Shown here in pieces: positions 60,062-64,000 of a stretch of DNA of 64,000 bases. A program made the translations under genes and the position numbers. Positions within the stretch are counted from its first letter, which is position 1, and every line of letters begins with the position of its first letter. The notes below the pieces were generated by a model. The model saw only the letters and a program-made list of their open reading frames with translations, was not told the DNA's origin and ran no database searches. The DNA comes from Pedobacter sp. (GTDB taxonomy: Bacteria; Desulfobacterota; Desulfuromonadia; Desulfuromonadales; Syntrophotaleaceae): positions 1,672,679 to 1,736,678 of the forward strand of contig JBFWJC010000001.1 in NCBI GenBank assembly GCA_050253415.1, in the 5' to 3' direction.

Positions 60062-60085
60062 AATTAAGTAAACATTTACTTACTA
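60062..60085. promoter_or_regulatory. Candidate TetR autoregulatory operator
   Basis: Core TAAGTAAA-CA-TTTACTTA; its reverse complement matches 59416-59439 at 18 of 24 positions and overlaps the -10 region downstream of TTGACA (60101-60096). Confidence 0.7.
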
Positions 60086-60167
60086 ATTGTGGAGCTGTCA
60101 AGTGAAAATTATTATTATCTTAAAGAAAGGACCCGGGAAGGGAGGGGGGCAATAAGCATAAAGGACC

Positions 60168-61376
60168 TTAAAATTGGCTGCCGATCACTTCGAGTCCCAG
60201 AGTTTTCAGTTCCTGGCAATGCTCGCGAACATGTTGCCGTGTTTTGCCAAGGATCAGTCCGCTTGCACGCGGTAAGTTAGGCAAGTGCTCCGTTGCGTCT
60301 GGATTACAGGTAACCAGGGGCACGAATAATCCCTTATCCATGGCGGTGTAAATCGCTTTGATCATGCTCTGGTAAGAATTTGTGCTCCTTAGCCCAGCCA
60401 GCCGCATGGCAGGGTCACCATATTTTTTTCTAAGATTGGCCGCTAACAGTAATGTCGCAGTTGAACCGTTAAGCCGAAAGTTAAGGTCGAATATCAAGAT
60501 TCTTCCATCTTCCATAATGGCCATATCCATCTCGACACAACCCCAATAGCCATGCTTGTAGCCATTTTCGGCAACCCTTCTACCAGCATCGATGGCATCG
60601 GTGGGGGCTTGGCAGTTGTCATCGAGCCAGTTACCGATGTATTTACCTTGCATATCGCTTATCTGCTCGGTACTTCCAATGTAGGATATTTTCCCTTTGG
60701 CAGTGATCGCGTAATTGAGGCAGAGATTGCGGGTCATGGGCAGATACTCTTCGGTGACGACATGCCGGCAGTTACGGAATAAATTCTCTGCGTACTGCAG
60801 GTCTTTCAGGTTGTGGCAGATCGCCACGTCACCGCCTCCGCCTGTTGTTTCGTTCGTTGCGGCCTTAATGACTACCGGCAGTGAGTCATGGACCAGAAAT
60901 TGTCTGAGCTGCCGGGGCGAAACAATACGACGGGCGGGTAATTGGCCAGCGTCGACCAGATGGGTAAGGTGGCCTTTGTTATTAAGAAAAGCGAGTGTCT
61001 CCGGGTTGACCCAGTAGGCATCAGGTCTTGCCTCGGAAGGGTGGGGGGCGTGTTGCAATGCGATTTTCAGGCCTTTTCCAAGCAGGTTACCTATTTGCCG
61101 GTCATGTTCCTTGTTGTTTTTATATCGTACGAGATTACGCGCCTCGGCAAAACCAGCATCGCGTAGTAGCTGCATACCCTCGGCAGTCGCTACGCTGGCG
61201 GCACAGAGTACCGGCATGTCGTCGGCAATGGTCAGCATGCCGCCGCTGAGCATCTCTATGGCGATAGGATCCTGTGGCAGCCAGTTGCGGGTTTTTGGTG
61301 ACGGGGTGGGGGCAAATGCCAATTCGCCACCGTAGATGTCGCCCAAAGTCATTTCAGGAAACAAATCAGGTCTCAA
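60168..61376 (-). CDS. ATP-grasp domain protein (putative amide/peptide ligase)
   Basis: LNNKG, LPVVIK...TGGGGDV, EEYL, GYWGCVEMD...IFDLNFRLNGS; TTGA overlap with the upstream gene. Confidence 0.8.
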   Translation of the reverse strand: MRPDLFPEMTLGDIYGGELAFAPTPSPKTRNWLPQDPIAIEMLSGGMLTIADDMPVLCAASVATAEGMQLLRDAGFAEARNLVRYKNNKEHDRQIGNLLGKGLKIALQHAPHPSEARPDAYWVNPETLAFLNNKGHLTHLVDAGQLPARRIVSPRQLRQFLVHDSLPVVIKAATNETTGGGGDVAICHNLKDLQYAENLFRNCRHVVTEEYLPMTRNLCLNYAITAKGKISYIGSTEQISDMQGKYIGNWLDDNCQAPTDAIDAGRRVAENGYKHGYWGCVEMDMAIMEDGRILIFDLNFRLNGSTATLLLAANLRKKYGDPAMRLAGLRSTNSYQSMIKAIYTAMDKGLFVPLVTCNPDATEHLPNLPRASGLILGKTRQHVREHCQELKTLGLEVIGSQF

Positions 61377-62305
61377 GCTATTGTCTCCTGGCTATCAGGA
61401 TCTATAAAAGTCTGTACGGTAGAGCGGGTATGCACCAATGATGGCAGACCTGTAGCAAGATTTTCGAGCAAGTCCATCTGAGCTTGAGAGGCACTGTTCA
61501 GATTGAAGCATGGGGTGCGGTTGGCGTCCAGCAGTACCGCTTGATCATTGACCAACACAAAATCGAACTTGCCGTAATCGAAACCCATGGCGGCGCGTGT
61601 TTGGCGCAAAGACTCAGGGATAGCGATGCCTGCTTCGCGACGTATAATGTTGCTGGCTTTTACAATCGGGTGTGAAGAGACCGTTTTCTGGCTCATTTCG
61701 GTTTTTCCCAAAAAAATCCACTGACGAAGACAGTAATGATCATCCTCGCGTTCGGGTAGAAATTTTTCAACGACCAGATTCTTATTCCACCAGACTGCTG
61801 AGGGAACTTCCATGGGGGACTCGTAGATGGGATAATTATCGGGAGTAAGGTAACCGCTTAAGTACCAGGGAAGCCGTTTTTTGATGCTGTCCACCAGTCG
61901 GGCAACAGGTTTGCGACGAGCCAGACGTCTTTCCATCCCTCCGCCAAAATTCAGGTCGGTTTTGACCAGCACTCTGCCGTTGTAACTATCTGGAATGGTA
62001 ATAATATTAGAGCTTATCTTGCGTTTTGATATAGTGCGGACCCTGCCGTTGATGACGACCGGATACCTTTCGCTAAAAGCCAGGTAGTTGTCAGGGATGA
62101 CCGTTAGGTCGATGTGAATGAACAGGATATCGGCGGGTTCAAAATGCTCAATGCCCCGCAATATGACCACCTCGATGCCCATTTTTGTCCAAAAATCGAT
62201 CAAAATATGCAGCAGGTAGGGGGTCTTCTCGAGTTTTTGCTTGGCATGAGTGAGTATGGCAATTTTTATAGGCATGTTCGATGGGTCTTTTCTGTTTGCG
62301 GTCAT
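61373..62305 (-). CDS. Divergent ATP-grasp-fold protein
   Basis: VLVKTDLNFGG, LVVEKFL, GFDYGKFDFV...LLDANRTP; start may be 62272. Confidence 0.65.
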   Translation of the reverse strand: MTANRKDPSNMPIKIAILTHAKQKLEKTPYLLHILIDFWTKMGIEVVILRGIEHFEPADILFIHIDLTVIPDNYLAFSERYPVVINGRVRTISKRKISSNIITIPDSYNGRVLVKTDLNFGGGMERRLARRKPVARLVDSIKKRLPWYLSGYLTPDNYPIYESPMEVPSAVWWNKNLVVEKFLPEREDDHYCLRQWIFLGKTEMSQKTVSSHPIVKASNIIRREAGIAIPESLRQTRAAMGFDYGKFDFVLVNDQAVLLDANRTPCFNLNSASQAQMDLLENLATGLPSLVHTRSTVQTFIDPDSQETIA

Positions 62306-62315
62306 TGAGTCACGG

Positions 62316-63125
62316 TTACAAAGGATTGCATGTTGTGCAGTGCATTCTGGTGATGTCTGTGGGTTGTTTAACGGGATGGTACAGCTTATTCCATCTCCAA
62401 CCTGGCTTAGTAAAAGATGGTCGAAATCTCATGGTTCCTTTTTTTAACCGGCCTTTATGGTCTTTCGGATTATCGATATAAAATCTGTTTCTATCACCTT
62501 GATTTACAAAAGGTCCGGTACCTCCTATGTCCTGCAACTGGAAACCATTATGAAAAAGCAGGGTAGGTAGCAATTCTTCGTAATGTCCCGTCCACTGTTC
62601 TTGATGCATTCGGTCGATAAAAGACAATGCGTCAGAAGAAATGCGATAGATTGGATTGAAACTGCGATACCTCTCCGCAAGGGGGATTTCTTTTCTTGGG
62701 TGTCGCAGCCCCCACCAATGCCAGTCCGGTTCTTCCTGATATTTACGGATATGACAGGTCAGCAGGTCTGCTCGGCTGGTTTGATAGTGCCTGAAAAGTT
62801 TTTTCCAGTCGCCACGAAAACGTACATCGTATTCAATTACCCAATAAAAATCGTAATGCGGATATTTACGACCGAAATCCATGACTGGAAAATGGCCGCT
62901 GCCGGGAACGATACTGTCGCTGAACATCGGAAACCCGATATTCCCAAGATCCCGGTTTGTAAACTTATGGATATTACCTGTGAACGAAGGTGCCTTGTGC
63001 CCATGGCAATGAAAAAGAATGAATGCATCACTCCCTTTCACGACAGCTTTCTTTATCTTGGAAAAATCTCCATGACTTTGATTATCCGTCAAGTGTGTCA
63101 ATAATAAATAAACCTGAGATGGCAT
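62316..63125 (-). CDS. DUF3405-like putative glycosyltransferase-fold protein
   Basis: YDFYWVIEYDVRFRGDW, SFNPIYRIS, GHYEELLPT, KLYHPVK. Confidence 0.6.
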   Translation of the reverse strand: MPSQVYLLLTHLTDNQSHGDFSKIKKAVVKGSDAFILFHCHGHKAPSFTGNIHKFTNRDLGNIGFPMFSDSIVPGSGHFPVMDFGRKYPHYDFYWVIEYDVRFRGDWKKLFRHYQTSRADLLTCHIRKYQEEPDWHWWGLRHPRKEIPLAERYRSFNPIYRISSDALSFIDRMHQEQWTGHYEELLPTLLFHNGFQLQDIGGTGPFVNQGDRNRFYIDNPKDHKGRLKKGTMRFRPSFTKPGWRWNKLYHPVKQPTDITRMHCTTCNPL

Positions 63126-63534
63126 GAAGTTTACCTATTGAATTAGTGATAAGTTTTTCTAATTGTGCACCATTTTCTACTTTTAATCAAATAATTTGCG
63201 TGCTTCTCGTTGGTTTTTTTACGATATTTTTAGATTTTTATTAAGTTTATAAAAAAAGTAGTAATTATGTTAGGTATTCCGATTTATTTTATAGTGTTTG
63301 TGTATTTTTGTTTTTTAAAGTTTCACTTTAATTAACTTAAGAATATGCTGCTAACAATAATGTTTTCGGATATTTGTTGCGTTATTATGTTTTCATGCAA
63401 TATTGTGATGCCTTGATTCAAGTTTATGCATAGTTAATAACCTAAAGGTAGTGTTTTCATTTACCATTCTGCTATGAACTAAACGCTAAAAATGAAAATT
63501 CTTCTGAATTAAATTTATTGGAAGACAAAAGAGC

Positions 63535-64000
63535 ATGCACAATTGTTACTCTGGTTATCATCAAGAATATTCTCAATCAGGCAATAATCCCCATAGGGGG
63601 CGTGTGGTCATTATTGCCGGTCCATCCTGTGTTGGTAAGACAACCTTGATTCAAAAATTACGGGAAGGAAAACTTTCGAATCTGCAAAAACAGTTAAACC
63701 TGCATGATTTGGAGTCTTGGGATTTTCTCGATGCCTGGCAGATTGCGGATTTTATCGGGCTCGGCCATCGCAACCTGGTGTTGCATTACGATATTTTGCG
63801 ATTATTGGACCATAATATCCAGGGTTATCAAATGGATACTGCTTTCCATTTTTTGCGGTATGCCGACCAGATAGAAATGCTTACCCTGTGGGAATTTTCC
63901 GCCACATTGCTCGATCGCTGCCGTAGAAGGCAGCGCAAGAATTACCGCAATCTAAAAAAGTGCCGGGTTCGGTTGTTTTTGGATCGCCATCATCGACTTA
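63535..64000 (+). CDS. P-loop NTPase/kinase-like protein, truncated by the window end
   Basis: Manual translation MHNCYSGYHQEYSQSGNNPHRGRVVIIAGPSCVGKTTLIQKL...; Walker A GPSCVGKT; frame open to position 64000. Confidence 0.7.
   Translation, partial: MHNCYSGYHQEYSQSGNNPHRGRVVIIAGPSCVGKTTLIQKLREGKLSNLQKQLNLHDLESWDFLDAWQIADFIGLGHRNLVLHYDILRLLDHNIQGYQMDTAFHFLRYADQIEMLTLWEFSATLLDRCRRRQRKNYRNLKKCRVRLFLDRHHRL

Noticed and set aside
20117..64000. Prophage or integrative element at tRNA-Leu
   Set aside because: No integrase, phage structural genes or attR duplicate seen by eye in the window.

Overview
Chromosomal window from a bacterium of roughly mid-50s % GC (estimated by eye). Gene content and order (purSL-purQ-purF-pyrE, gap-pgk-tpiA-secG-tRNA-Leu, nadB plus chorismate mutase, multiple chemoreceptors, a sigma54 activator) suggest a Desulfuromonadales/Geobacterales-type deltaproteobacterium; this assignment is inference. 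Bases 1 to about 20,250 are housekeeping: nagZ-like GH3, paaK, two tRNA-Gly, slt, nadB, purine and pyrimidine genes, glycolysis genes and tRNA-Leu. The remaining ~44 kb is a patchwork of accessory genes with no integrase, transposase, CRISPR array or rRNA detected. The strongest candidate for an undescribed system is a co-oriented membrane sorting/remodelling cluster at 49.7-60.1 kb: TetR, a VIT-vWA protein with a GlyGly-CTERM tail, rhombosortase, Aas, a double zinc-ribbon protein, NfeD and flotillin. Two matching 24-bp palindromic operators lie upstream of tetR and the VIT-vWA gene. Other highlights are a complete sigma54 promoter (enhancer sites, IHF site, -24/-12) driving small envelope proteins next to a PAS activator, a standalone DAHP-synthase regulatory domain beside chorismate mutase, an ACT-ACT-GlnE hybrid, a chemoreceptor with two extracytoplasmic CZB domains, a two-ATP-grasp/glycosyltransferase-like operon, and small palindromic repeat elements. 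Family assignments come from recognising motifs by eye; no searches were run.
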